DNA of 64,000 nt from the IMG/VR virus record IMGVR_UViG_3300028025_000092; one strand, written 5' to 3'. The notes beneath the pieces are model-generated. The model was given only the letters and a program-made list of their open reading frames with translations. It was not told the origin of the DNA and searched no databases. This stretch comes from a virus. Below, piece after piece: positions 10,470 to 19,964 of this stretch (positions are counted from its first letter, which is position 1; the number at the start of each line of letters is the position of its first letter). A program made the translations under genes and the position numbers.

Positions 10470-11389
10470 AGATTAAAAAGCTAAACGAACAATTTTCCCA
10501 ATCATTCTCCGGGGATGGATTTAATAGTTCTAATGGGGTTTTTAAGGTTAGATATAAAGCCTATGACGACCTATCCCAGTCTAAAGGGAGGGAAATTCAC
10601 CCCTATGATCACGTTAATGGCGAGGAATTTCAGGTAGGGGATTTAGTGTTGGTTAATTTAGGTTCTAAAACCAAAAAGAAAATGAAAGCCGAGGTGGTAT
10701 CTTCTTTTAGAACTGAAGACGGAAAAACAACTAAGTTTAAGGTTAAAAGTACTGCTACTAATAAAATCTATGCAGTTCCTGTTTATGCTATTGAATTTTT
10801 ACAAGATAATGGTAACGCGATAACAAAAAAGGGTGCAAATGGAAGCACCATAGCGAATAAAGAAAAATGGTTAAACTCGCTAAAGTATAATAATGGTAAT
10901 TTTATTTGGGGATCATTAGAATCTAAAAAACTTAATATGAAATCAGATATGCTTCTTAAAGAGGGTGACTCGGTAATGGAAAGACCAAGCATAATAGACC
11001 CTGCTATGAGTGTGGTTTTAATAGATGATACACATCCAGATTATGCAACACACATAGAAAATTTTAAAAAACTAGGATCAATCTATACCATCCCAGAAAA
11101 TAAATCAATCTATATCCACAAAAAAGATCCATCTTTTGCAAAATTTAATGATAATCACCTAGTGGTAATAGAGGCTGTAGAAATAGCAAAAATTCTTTCT
11201 AATAAAAAAGACGTTATGGATGAAAAGTATAATGACGTTTTAGCTGCTCAGATTTTAAGAAACAAAGGTCTTAAAGAAGCGTATAAGATAATAGCTTCTA
11301 ATTTTCTTAAGAAATATGGGACATCATACGGAGAATGCGCCGATGAATTTATTCCTTCAATGAAGCAGTATTTACCAGAAAGAAAATAA
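10466..11389 (+). CDS. Hypothetical protein, possibly a virion-internal protein
   Basis: N-terminal MKIKKLNE leader; an SH3/KOW-like segment FQVGDLVLV. Confidence 0.55.
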   Translation: MKIKKLNEQFSQSFSGDGFNSSNGVFKVRYKAYDDLSQSKGREIHPYDHVNGEEFQVGDLVLVNLGSKTKKKMKAEVVSSFRTEDGKTTKFKVKSTATNKIYAVPVYAIEFLQDNGNAITKKGANGSTIANKEKWLNSLKYNNGNFIWGSLESKKLNMKSDMLLKEGDSVMERPSIIDPAMSVVLIDDTHPDYATHIENFKKLGSIYTIPENKSIYIHKKDPSFAKFNDNHLVVIEAVEIAKILSNKKDVMDEKYNDVLAAQILRNKGLKEAYKIIASNFLKKYGTSYGECADEFIPSMKQYLPERK

Positions 11390-11391
11390 TA

Positions 11392-12099
11392 ATGTCGATA
11401 GAGAGAATAAGGAGAAGAATACCGATGCCTGAGGATTTCCCAAAAAAATCACAGGATTTAGTCCCCCCGCAAAAATATACAAACAGACCCATAGAATCCT
11501 ATAAACAATTTATAGGACTTCACAAAGAACAATCATTTGTGATATGTGCGTGTGGATCTTCGTTAAACGATTATACAGATTTTAACAATCATATAACTAT
11601 AGGTGTTAATGATTCAGGCACTAAGGTGTGGTGCAAATATCTCGTTGTAGTTAATGAGCCTAAAACATTTAAATGGAACAGATGGCCATCAGTTAGAATG
11701 AATAACTCTGATTTTGTTTTTACCCATCTCGCTGATTTACCGATTGACAATCCAGATGGAAGAAGAATAGTTGTAAATCTTGGAAAATACGAAGGACTGG
11801 ATCTTGATAATTATGGATCTATAGATTACACAACAAATTCTCCTTACATGGCTATTATTATAGCTTATCAAATGGGTGCTAGAAAAATAGCTTTAGTTGG
11901 TGTTGATTTTACCCCCAACCATTTTTTTGCAGAGACTGGAGATCATATTATTATGAGGGAAATAGAAAGGGTAAAAGAGCAATATTCAAAATTAGGAAGG
12001 GCCTTGATCGAAAAAGGAATTAGAATTGCTAACCTCTCACAGACAAGCTTAATTGAATCCTGGCCCAAAATGACCCTGGATCAATTTGAAACTCTCTAA
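11392..12099 (+). CDS. Maf/DUF115 (CstII-fold) glycosyltransferase-like protein
   Basis: VICACGSSL, TIGVND, YLVVVN and NSPYMAIIIAYQMGARKIALVGVDF. Confidence 0.7.
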   Translation: MSIERIRRRIPMPEDFPKKSQDLVPPQKYTNRPIESYKQFIGLHKEQSFVICACGSSLNDYTDFNNHITIGVNDSGTKVWCKYLVVVNEPKTFKWNRWPSVRMNNSDFVFTHLADLPIDNPDGRRIVVNLGKYEGLDLDNYGSIDYTTNSPYMAIIIAYQMGARKIALVGVDFTPNHFFAETGDHIIMREIERVKEQYSKLGRALIEKGIRIANLSQTSLIESWPKMTLDQFETL

Positions 12100-12114
12100 G
12101 ATTTATTAGTTATA

Positions 12115-12891
12115 ATGGAGATGAGTAACCAAAAAACGGGGATTTTAGTAAGATTCCCATTAGTACAGAAAAAAGGTAAAAAACCAGGATATCAGGTCTC
12201 CTTTGGAGATTTCATGTTAAGGAAAATTAGCGAGGGATTAAATATTGGATATAAATGTTTTGTTTTTGAAATAACAGACGACGATTTTGATTCATTAGAA
12301 TTTAACGTGACCGAGAGCGCAGGGGAATCCCTTAATAATTATATTAATAATCTAGGAGTTAGAGTAGCTTTATACATCAAGGGGAAAAAATACCTAACCT
12401 CAGATTCAGAGGCTGAAATTTTATCTGCACACTCCCAGATCGTATCATGCTTAGATTTTATAAAAAAACTTGACATAAAGGATTTTCAAGAAGTTCCTAT
12501 TATTCTGCACATAGGGGGTGCAAAGGGCGATAGAAGAGGAACCATGGAGGATTTTTGTAAAAAGGTAGAATGTTGGTTTCATGAGGACGATATTAAAAGA
12601 CTTGCAGTGGTAAATGATGAAAAACCAAGTTTATTCTCTGTAAAAGACTTACTTCCTGGTGTTTTTTATAGGATTAAAATACCCATAGTTTTTAGATCGA
12701 CATCATACCCAACAAATCAAGGTAACCTAACACTTAACGAATCTTTATTTTTAGCAGCATCCACCTGGAAAAGAACTGTAAATCCTATATTTTTATATCT
12801 TCCAGGTAATACCAATATCGGAAGCGAAGAGACTAGACCATTTGGTCTTGAGCTTGATTTTGTCTTCGATAATAGACTCCCAGAGCCTTAG
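12115..12891 (+). CDS. UV-damage endonuclease (UvsE)-like protein, apparently degenerate
   Basis: IILHIGGAKGDR, RLAVVNDEKPSLFSVKDLL, IPIVF and AASTW; the metal ligands appear to be replaced. Confidence 0.65.
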   Translation: MEMSNQKTGILVRFPLVQKKGKKPGYQVSFGDFMLRKISEGLNIGYKCFVFEITDDDFDSLEFNVTESAGESLNNYINNLGVRVALYIKGKKYLTSDSEAEILSAHSQIVSCLDFIKKLDIKDFQEVPIILHIGGAKGDRRGTMEDFCKKVECWFHEDDIKRLAVVNDEKPSLFSVKDLLPGVFYRIKIPIVFRSTSYPTNQGNLTLNESLFLAASTWKRTVNPIFLYLPGNTNIGSEETRPFGLELDFVFDNRLPEP

Positions 12892-12917
12892 CATTTTATT
12901 CTTCCGAGGATTTCTTC

Positions 12918-12925
12918 TATATTTG
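12918..12925 (+). promoter_or_regulatory. Bacteroidota-type -7 promoter element
   Basis: TATATTTG lies 17 nt before the glycosylase ATG. Confidence 0.6.
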
Positions 12926-12942
12926 TAAAAACAAATACAAAT

Positions 12943-13761
12943 ATGCCAGAAATCAGCGAAGTAAGAATTATGTCAGAGTTTATCAACAGGGTTTCTTCTG
13001 ACGTTGATTATTTTGTTGGGATATCTAAAAATCCTGAACACAAAAGCAAAACAAGTCTAGTTATCCCATTTAAGCATTTTCAGATTAAAGCCTTTTCAAG
13101 AGGTAAAGAATTAATGCTTAGGTTTGTAGTGCTGGATTTTTCATACGAATATTCGGATTTTCAATCCTTAGTTTTTACCATGGGAATGAGCGGCAATTGG
13201 AATTACTCAAAAACAATATTCGAAGTACCTAAACACACGCATCTTATGATTATGGATTGCCACGGAGGTGTATTAGGAATGAATGATGTCAGAAGATTTG
13301 CTCGTTGGGATTGGAGAGGATGGAACGAAGAAAGGGGACACGATCCGGTTCAAGAGACAGAACCTTTTAAGAGAGAGATATTAAATAACCTAACAAAAGA
13401 TCGGATCTTTCAAAAGCCTATTTACGAGGTGATGATGAATCAAAAATATTTTAATGGTGTTGGAAATTATTTAAGAGCTGAGATTCTTGGTAGAATAGAT
13501 TTAGATCCAAGATTATCCGCCAGAGATTATATCACGGAAGCAGGAGATAAATTTTTTAATATAACAGAAAAAATAATTGTTGAATCATACGAACTGGGGG
13601 GAGGACAATTTAAAGATTGGTACAATCAGGCGGACCTAGAAAAGAAGAAGAGCAAAGAATTCCAAGCATGGATGCAATTCTATTTTAACAGAGAAAGATG
13701 TGAACCGATTAAAGATAAACAGGATCGTAATTTTTGGATCGATAAAAAATGGCTAATATGA
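12943..13761 (+). CDS. Fpg/Nei DNA glycosylase-AP lyase, NEIL1-like (no zinc finger)
   Basis: N-terminal MPE, RGKEL, MGMSG, DVRRF, H2TH motif FNGVGNYLRAEIL; no CxxC pairs at the C-terminus. Confidence 0.9.
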   Translation: MPEISEVRIMSEFINRVSSDVDYFVGISKNPEHKSKTSLVIPFKHFQIKAFSRGKELMLRFVVLDFSYEYSDFQSLVFTMGMSGNWNYSKTIFEVPKHTHLMIMDCHGGVLGMNDVRRFARWDWRGWNEERGHDPVQETEPFKREILNNLTKDRIFQKPIYEVMMNQKYFNGVGNYLRAEILGRIDLDPRLSARDYITEAGDKFFNITEKIIVESYELGGGQFKDWYNQADLEKKKSKEFQAWMQFYFNRERCEPIKDKQDRNFWIDKKWLI

Positions 13762-14453
13762 TAAGTAAAGACACGCTCAAGAAAATTCTATATTTTGATA
13801 TAGAAACAGCAGGAATACACGAAACGTTTTCAGATCTACTCTTAGCTGATTCTCGGCTAGCAAAGATCTGGGAAAAAAGATGTGTCTGGCTTAGAAAAAA
13901 CTCAGGGGAAGAATACAAGGATGCTACTCTGGATCAATTATGGTTAGATAAGTCTTCTTTGCATCCTGAATTTGCTAAGATTGTTTGTATCAGTTTTGGT
14001 GCATATAGTGGTGATGAGGTTAAAATACAATCTCTGATTGGGGAAGAGCATGAGATTCTATCTAATGCAAATAAAATATTTAACAATGCGGTTTCTAAAG
14101 GATGGAAACTAGGGGGGCATACAATTAAAAATTTCGACATTCCCTTTGTTGGAAAAAGAATGATAATCAATAAGATTGATCCCTCCCCTCTTATTGGTCA
14201 GTTAAACAGAAAACCGTGGGATTCTCCGGTAATAGATATTTCAGAGGTCTTTGCATTTGGAGGGTATGGACAGACCCATTCTTCATTAGATCTTATGTGC
14301 TCTGTACTGGGGCATGAGTCACCCAAGGACGAAATGGACGGATCTTTAGTCCATCCGTATTTTTATTCAGGAAGAATAGAAGAAATCAAGAAATATTGCG
14401 AAATGGACGTTAAGTACCTTATGAAGTGCTACGAGTCCTTCTCTTTCGAATAG
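13749..14453 (+). CDS. DnaQ-like (PolB-related) 3'-5' exonuclease
   Basis: ExoI FDIET, ExoII FDIPF and ExoIII YCEMDV. Confidence 0.88.
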   Translation: MANMISKDTLKKILYFDIETAGIHETFSDLLLADSRLAKIWEKRCVWLRKNSGEEYKDATLDQLWLDKSSLHPEFAKIVCISFGAYSGDEVKIQSLIGEEHEILSNANKIFNNAVSKGWKLGGHTIKNFDIPFVGKRMIINKIDPSPLIGQLNRKPWDSPVIDISEVFAFGGYGQTHSSLDLMCSVLGHESPKDEMDGSLVHPYFYSGRIEEIKKYCEMDVKYLMKCYESFSFE

Positions 14454-14468
14454 CACAATATGTTAATG

Positions 14469-14476
14469 GATATATA
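14469..14476 (+). promoter_or_regulatory. Putative late promoter GATATATA
   Basis: Lies 15 nt before the GTG at 14492. Confidence 0.7.
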
Positions 14477-14491
14477 CAATAAAATATCCGG

Positions 14492-15238
14492 GTGGCTAGT
14501 CGCATCAAAAATTTTAATGATTGGATTTTAAATGAGGATCAATTCTACCAAAAAGAATTGAATACTGCATTTTGGCAGGATCAACAGTTTGATCCTTCTA
14601 TCAGAGAAAAACTTCTTCAGATAGCAGAGGAATTTTATGCCACCTTTAAATTGGAAGTTCCTATTAGTGATATCCAATTAACTGGATCCCTTGCAAATTA
14701 TAACTGGACCCCAAAATCAGATCTCGATGTCCACGTTTTAACAGACTTTTCTAAGATCAATCCGGATATAGCTTTAGTTAAAAAAGGCCTAGACGGGCAA
14801 AGATTCGTTTGGAATCTACGTCATAACATAGTTATCAGAGGGTATGACGTTGAGCTTTATCTGCAGGATATTAACGAGCCTCACGTTGCTTCTGGTCTTT
14901 TCTCATTATTAAATAACGAATGGATCAGGGTTCCTAAGTACAATCCGCCACAAATAGACGAAAGAGATGTTCAGCTAAAATTTGAGGGTATTGTTAATGA
15001 TATCAATCAATTAAACGTACAACTTCAAAACCCCGCCCCAGAAATGGATCCGAGAGATCTTTATAATCATGCAGAAAAAGTCAAATCCAAGATCATGAAG
15101 ATGAGAAAGGACGGGCTTGCAGAGAGAGGGGAATTTTCGGTAGAGAATCTAGTCTTTAAAAAGTTAAGAAACGAAGGATATATACAGAATCTGATAGATC
15201 TAATATCAAGATCCTACGAAAAAATATATAACGAATAA
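14492..15238 (+). CDS. Pol-beta-superfamily nucleotidyltransferase
   Basis: LTGSLANYNW..SDLDVHV (GS..DxD) and DVELY. Confidence 0.85.
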   Translation: MASRIKNFNDWILNEDQFYQKELNTAFWQDQQFDPSIREKLLQIAEEFYATFKLEVPISDIQLTGSLANYNWTPKSDLDVHVLTDFSKINPDIALVKKGLDGQRFVWNLRHNIVIRGYDVELYLQDINEPHVASGLFSLLNNEWIRVPKYNPPQIDERDVQLKFEGIVNDINQLNVQLQNPAPEMDPRDLYNHAEKVKSKIMKMRKDGLAERGEFSVENLVFKKLRNEGYIQNLIDLISRSYEKIYNE

Positions 15239-15249
15239 AAAAAAATACA

Positions 15250-17829
15250 ATGTCGGGAATTTACAAAGGATATAATCCAATCTACGAATCTCTTAGAAAA
15301 GATCTATTTGAAGCGGAAAACAAAATTGACACTGATGCTCTTTTAAGAGCTATTTACGATACGTTTGTTAATACCCTAATGAATGGATCAGATGAAGCGG
15401 TAAGAACCCCAGACGGGTTTAAACTATTCATGGATAAGACCCTTCAGTCTAGTTCAATAGACGTTCTTAAGAGCGAATTGAATAATAAGATAGATGAACT
15501 TGCTAAACTTGATAAAAATCAAGCTGAGCCATTAAATCAAACTAAATCATATCTTAACACATTATTCGACACATTAAAAAATGCTATAGGTGAAGATGCC
15601 AAAGCAATAAAGAGTGCTATAGATAAAATGTCAGAATTTACAGGAACTACTATTGGTGGTTTACAAGCTGTTAAAACACAAATGCAACAGAATGAAAGCT
15701 TAACATCTAGATACGTTTCAGAGCAATCCGAGACAAGAACAGGGGAAGAAGCAAATTCAGAAGAAGGTGAAAATGATAAATGGTATTTCCAATTATCTAA
15801 AAACGTGTTAGATACCGCTACTTCTTTTGCAGGAGAAACAACAGCTGCTCTTTCTAATAAATCTTTATCCGGTGACTCTGGTATTCAAAAATTTGCACAG
15901 GACGGACAGGATTATCTATCAAAAGCTAAGGCTTTGTCTGTTACTGGCGGAAGAAAGGGATTTATCGTTATGGGCAAGGTTAAAACTGCTAGCGGTGATA
16001 TAAAAGGAAAGGATTATAGAATTCAAGTTAAAAATCTTATTAATGATATAATTAGACAGAGAGAAGAATTTCAAAAATTAAAGTATAGACTTTCAAATAT
16101 TCCAGCACCACCACAAGTGGTTACTGTTTGTCCTACTGGTATGACCTTTGATGCAGCTAAAAATGCTTGCGTGTATGTTAATATTCCAGCACCAGTCGTA
16201 AATCAGGGAGGTGAAGGTCCTCAACCACCAAAACCACCAAAACCAACTCCACCAGTTCCAACAACAGGATGTCAATTTCCTATTCAGATTACAACAAAGA
16301 AATGTTCTGAGGTTGCACAACTACAGGGCAAGTTGATGAGTATGGGAGGATGTATTGCTGATATACTTAATACAGCAGGAGGAGCAGATGGTAAATACGG
16401 CAATAAAACTGCTAAATTAGCAAATATAGCATATGCATATCTTACTAAATCATCAGCTTTTAATCCTACTGGAGACTTAACACAGGACATCTATAATACA
16501 ATAATGGCAGGAGGTCAAATGACATATCAAGCTCCTGCAAAAGAATCTTTAGAAATTAAAGCAGATTCTAAAATAGTAGAGAATAAAATATTTGAAAGAG
16601 AATATAAAACCGGTATGCCTGTGCTATCATTCTCGGATTTTTCTGAGGTACTATCAGAAGCAGGATACGTCATCGAGGAAGATGTTGCAACTAGCGGTAA
16701 ATCCATCGCAGATTGTATTTGTTCAACTTATGCTTCTGGCCAAATGGATACAGCATGTTTTAGTAACATAGTTCCTGTTCCAAATCCAACAGGAGGAACA
16801 GGCGGAACCGGCGGAACCGGAGCAACAGGAGCAACAGGAGCAACTGGTGGTGGGGAAGAAATACCAACAAGAGATGATTGGAAAGGTCTTAAGTATGTAA
16901 ATACTGGGTCTTATCCTATTTCCTTTGATGAGAGTCTTTTAAGCTTCTGGTCTAAAGAGGTAGCAATCACAGCATTAAGCTTTGCTATCCCAGGGTCTGG
17001 TTATCTGTTAAAAGCAGGATCAACAGGTCTTAGATCATTAGGGGTTAAAGCAGCAACTAAAGTAGGAGCTCAAAAACTTGCAACAAGAATTGCAGGTAAA
17101 GCGGTGACAACAGCAATTGCTAAGGGGATCACAAAGAAAACAGCAGCTCAAGCTTTAAGTGGTCTTACTAGACAATACTTTATGAAATACGGAGCTATTC
17201 CTATTGCAAAAAGAACAGCAGCTGGCTTAATCGGCGGTGCAGTTGGTGGTGCAGCATTAGACTTCTTATCAGGAAGAGACACTTTTGTTATTACAACAGT
17301 AGAAGGATTTATAGAAAGAAATCTATTGCTTGGAATAGCAAAAGGATTGGTGAATACCCTGGATGGATATGTTAGTGATGATGATTGGGCATCAATCTCT
17401 CAAACCCTTGCAGTAATTAAAGGAGGTTGGACGGTAGATGACAGCGATAAACAAGTATCTGCGTGGGGAGAACTTAAAAGGCTTTATGTTGAATCCGAGG
17501 GAGAAGATCTTGTAGCAGATATACAAAGTGTTAAAGCTAAAATGGGAGACGTTGAAGGATTCCCTAATATGAAATCAGTTTCCCCGCTATCAAGTTTAAA
17601 CGATGTTGATTGGGATCTTGCTAAAGCAGAAACGCTAAGATTTGTTGATGTACTAGAAAGAAACGAGAGTACTCTATCACAGAATTTAGATAAACTTCCA
17701 GGATCATATGTTACTGCTCACGTAGAAGGTAATTATCAAGAAATTGATGAGAATGGAGAAGAAGTTGGAGGAGAAGGTGGAGAAGAAGGAGGAGAGAAAG
17801 ACGATTCTCCAAAAAAATCAACCTACTAA
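15250..17829 (+). CDS. Large putative virion-internal protein with a PG-binding-like domain and glycine-zipper segments
   Basis: EVAQLQGKL..ADGKYGNKT; GGTGGTGATG linker; AAGLIGGAVGGAAL; AATATATA at 15223-15230 upstream. Confidence 0.55.
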   Translation: MSGIYKGYNPIYESLRKDLFEAENKIDTDALLRAIYDTFVNTLMNGSDEAVRTPDGFKLFMDKTLQSSSIDVLKSELNNKIDELAKLDKNQAEPLNQTKSYLNTLFDTLKNAIGEDAKAIKSAIDKMSEFTGTTIGGLQAVKTQMQQNESLTSRYVSEQSETRTGEEANSEEGENDKWYFQLSKNVLDTATSFAGETTAALSNKSLSGDSGIQKFAQDGQDYLSKAKALSVTGGRKGFIVMGKVKTASGDIKGKDYRIQVKNLINDIIRQREEFQKLKYRLSNIPAPPQVVTVCPTGMTFDAAKNACVYVNIPAPVVNQGGEGPQPPKPPKPTPPVPTTGCQFPIQITTKKCSEVAQLQGKLMSMGGCIADILNTAGGADGKYGNKTAKLANIAYAYLTKSSAFNPTGDLTQDIYNTIMAGGQMTYQAPAKESLEIKADSKIVENKIFEREYKTGMPVLSFSDFSEVLSEAGYVIEEDVATSGKSIADCICSTYASGQMDTACFSNIVPVPNPTGGTGGTGGTGATGATGATGGGEEIPTRDDWKGLKYVNTGSYPISFDESLLSFWSKEVAITALSFAIPGSGYLLKAGSTGLRSLGVKAATKVGAQKLATRIAGKAVTTAIAKGITKKTAAQALSGLTRQYFMKYGAIPIAKRTAAGLIGGAVGGAALDFLSGRDTFVITTVEGFIERNLLLGIAKGLVNTLDGYVSDDDWASISQTLAVIKGGWTVDDSDKQVSAWGELKRLYVESEGEDLVADIQSVKAKMGDVEGFPNMKSVSPLSSLNDVDWDLAKAETLRFVDVLERNESTLSQNLDKLPGSYVTAHVEGNYQEIDENGEEVGGEGGEEGGEKDDSPKKSTY

Positions 17830-17842
17830 GGGTGATTTTATA

Positions 17843-17850
17843 GATATATA
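17843..17850 (+). promoter_or_regulatory. Putative late promoter GATATATA
   Basis: Lies 18 nt before the protease ATG. Confidence 0.75.
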
Positions 17851-17868
17851 CAAAAATAAATAATAATA

Positions 17869-19950
17869 ATGAGTCTTAACCCCGAATTCGTTTTAGTCTT
17901 GGAAAAATCTTCACACAATCTGAAGACCGAGAAAAGTGGTAACGAATACTATCTGGAAGGTATTGCAGCAGTTTTTGGTAAAGAAAACTCTAATCAAAGA
18001 ATATATGAGGAAAGAGAATATCTTCCTCATCTTCAATATTTAAAAGAAAAGATCGAACAAAAAAGATTGGTAGGTGAGTTAGACCATCCTAAGGAATTTG
18101 ACGTTTCCCTTAAAAACATTTCTCACCTAGTTGAGGAATTAGCATACAATCAAGGGGACAGAACCTTAAGAATTAAAGTAAAGCTTTTAGACACACCAGC
18201 AGGTAAAATTGCTAAATCTTTAGTTGATGCAGGTATTCCTGTTTCTATTTCTTCAAGAGCAGCAGGTAACGTAATGGAAAACAAAAAAGTACAGATTAAA
18301 AAGATCTTTACTTATGATCTAGTAGCTGATCCTGGATTCGAAAATGCACAATTAGAAAGAGTTTATGAAAGTCTTGGTTACAATTTAGAAGAAAAAAGTA
18401 TGGCTGAATCCATCCTAAAGGGTCTTCCTCTTATGAACGAAAGTTTAGGATTAGAAAATGATTCTAATTTTAAGATATATAGAATTAACGATCAAGAAAA
18501 AATACAAAAGCTTCTAGATAAGGAGCCAAATAAGAGTTTAATCATGGAAAATAATTTCGTTACAGCGGAAGAAATGAACGGATATTCTAGACTAATCAAA
18601 AAAGAAATGGATACTATTAAAGGATCCATTGAGTCTTTGAAGGGTGTTAAAGAATCTTCCAAAATAACAGAATCTTCCTCTCTTGAAGAGAGAGTATTAA
18701 AATTAGAAAAGTATGCTGATTATTTAGCAGAGAATTTAGAGGCTTCTATTAAGTATGGTGAATACCTAGCAGAAAACCTAGAAGACTCTGTTTCTTACTC
18801 AAAGTATTTAGCAGAAAATCTAGACAAGTCTATATCTTATGGAAAATATCTAGCAGAGCATCTAGACAATAACATTTCTTATTCCGAATATATTGCAGAA
18901 AATGTAGACACGAACATGACAGCAGTTAAAGGTTTAACAGAAAAAGTTGATCAATCTATTGCTTATGCAGAATATGTAGGAGAGAACGTAGATAAAAACA
19001 TTAGATACAGTGAGTATCTAGCAGAAAACCTAGATAAGAACATTTCTTACTCTGAGTACTTAGCAGAAAATGTTGACAAGAACATTTCTTACTCTGAGTA
19101 TTTAGCAGAAAACTTAGATAAAGGTTTAGCTTATTCTGAATACCTAGCAGAAAACCTAGACAAGAACATTTCTTACTCTGAGTACTTAGCAGAAAACTTA
19201 GATAAAGGTTTAGCTTATTCTGACTACCTAGGAGAAAATTTAGATAAGACTGTACATTACAGCGAATATATTGCAGAAAAACTATCTAACAATATTAGTT
19301 ATGCAGAATACATTGCAGAATCTGTAAATGCATCTTCAGGAACTAAAGAAGTTAAAGAAGCAGTAGTTAAAGCAGTTTCCGAGAGCGCAAACACTTCAGG
19401 ATTTGCAGGTAACTACACCGGAATTTCCAACAAAATCGACGATTTATTAAATACTGTCAGTAAACAAAAGACAGATGAAATAGCAGAAAATAAGAACTAT
19501 CCTTTCTTAAAGCTTATGGGCGAACAAGGACAAAGAGAATTCCTATCACTGCACGAAGGCCAAAAACAAAAGGTCGCAAAATCCTTAAACGAAAACAATT
19601 ATTCATCCGAAAAAGAAGTAATTGAACTTATGGGTAAAGCCTTGGTTGAACAAAATCAATCCGGCGAAAAATTCCTAGATCTAATGCCAGAAAAATATAG
19701 AACTTCATGGGAAATGATGACAGAGTCACAAAAGGCTTCAGTTATCGCTCAAAGCAAGTTTCATAAATTGGACACCCCTTATCAAATCCAGAATTTCTGG
19801 GCTACCAGAGGTATTTCAGTTACAAAGGCAAATATCGAAAGAATAGACGAATCCCAAAATCAAACAATCTCAGCCCCTCAGCCAAAAGGAGTTTCTAGAG
19901 AATATCTAGATAATCTTTCAGAAGCTTTAGGAGCTAGATTTAAAAAATAA
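17869..19950 (+). CDS. Prohead protease (T4 gp21-like) fused to a scaffold/core domain
   Basis: NQRIY, GELDHP, LLDTPAG, ISSRAAG and TYDLVADPGF, followed by a 14-aa repeat coiled coil; lies directly upstream of the major capsid gene. Confidence 0.92.
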   Translation: MSLNPEFVLVLEKSSHNLKTEKSGNEYYLEGIAAVFGKENSNQRIYEEREYLPHLQYLKEKIEQKRLVGELDHPKEFDVSLKNISHLVEELAYNQGDRTLRIKVKLLDTPAGKIAKSLVDAGIPVSISSRAAGNVMENKKVQIKKIFTYDLVADPGFENAQLERVYESLGYNLEEKSMAESILKGLPLMNESLGLENDSNFKIYRINDQEKIQKLLDKEPNKSLIMENNFVTAEEMNGYSRLIKKEMDTIKGSIESLKGVKESSKITESSSLEERVLKLEKYADYLAENLEASIKYGEYLAENLEDSVSYSKYLAENLDKSISYGKYLAEHLDNNISYSEYIAENVDTNMTAVKGLTEKVDQSIAYAEYVGENVDKNIRYSEYLAENLDKNISYSEYLAENVDKNISYSEYLAENLDKGLAYSEYLAENLDKNISYSEYLAENLDKGLAYSDYLGENLDKTVHYSEYIAEKLSNNISYAEYIAESVNASSGTKEVKEAVVKAVSESANTSGFAGNYTGISNKIDDLLNTVSKQKTDEIAENKNYPFLKLMGEQGQREFLSLHEGQKQKVAKSLNENNYSSEKEVIELMGKALVEQNQSGEKFLDLMPEKYRTSWEMMTESQKASVIAQSKFHKLDTPYQIQNFWATRGISVTKANIERIDESQNQTISAPQPKGVSREYLDNLSEALGARFKK
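18712..19326 (+). repeat. About 15 x 42-bp coding repeat (YSEYLAENLDKNIS)
   Basis: The 14-aa period is directly visible in the translation. Confidence 0.95.
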
Positions 19951-19964
19951 CATTTTTATAGAAA

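Noticed and set aside
18712-19326. 42-bp repeats as a CRISPR array
   Set aside because: They are in-frame coding repeats with synonymous variation, have no unique spacers, and no cas genes are nearby.
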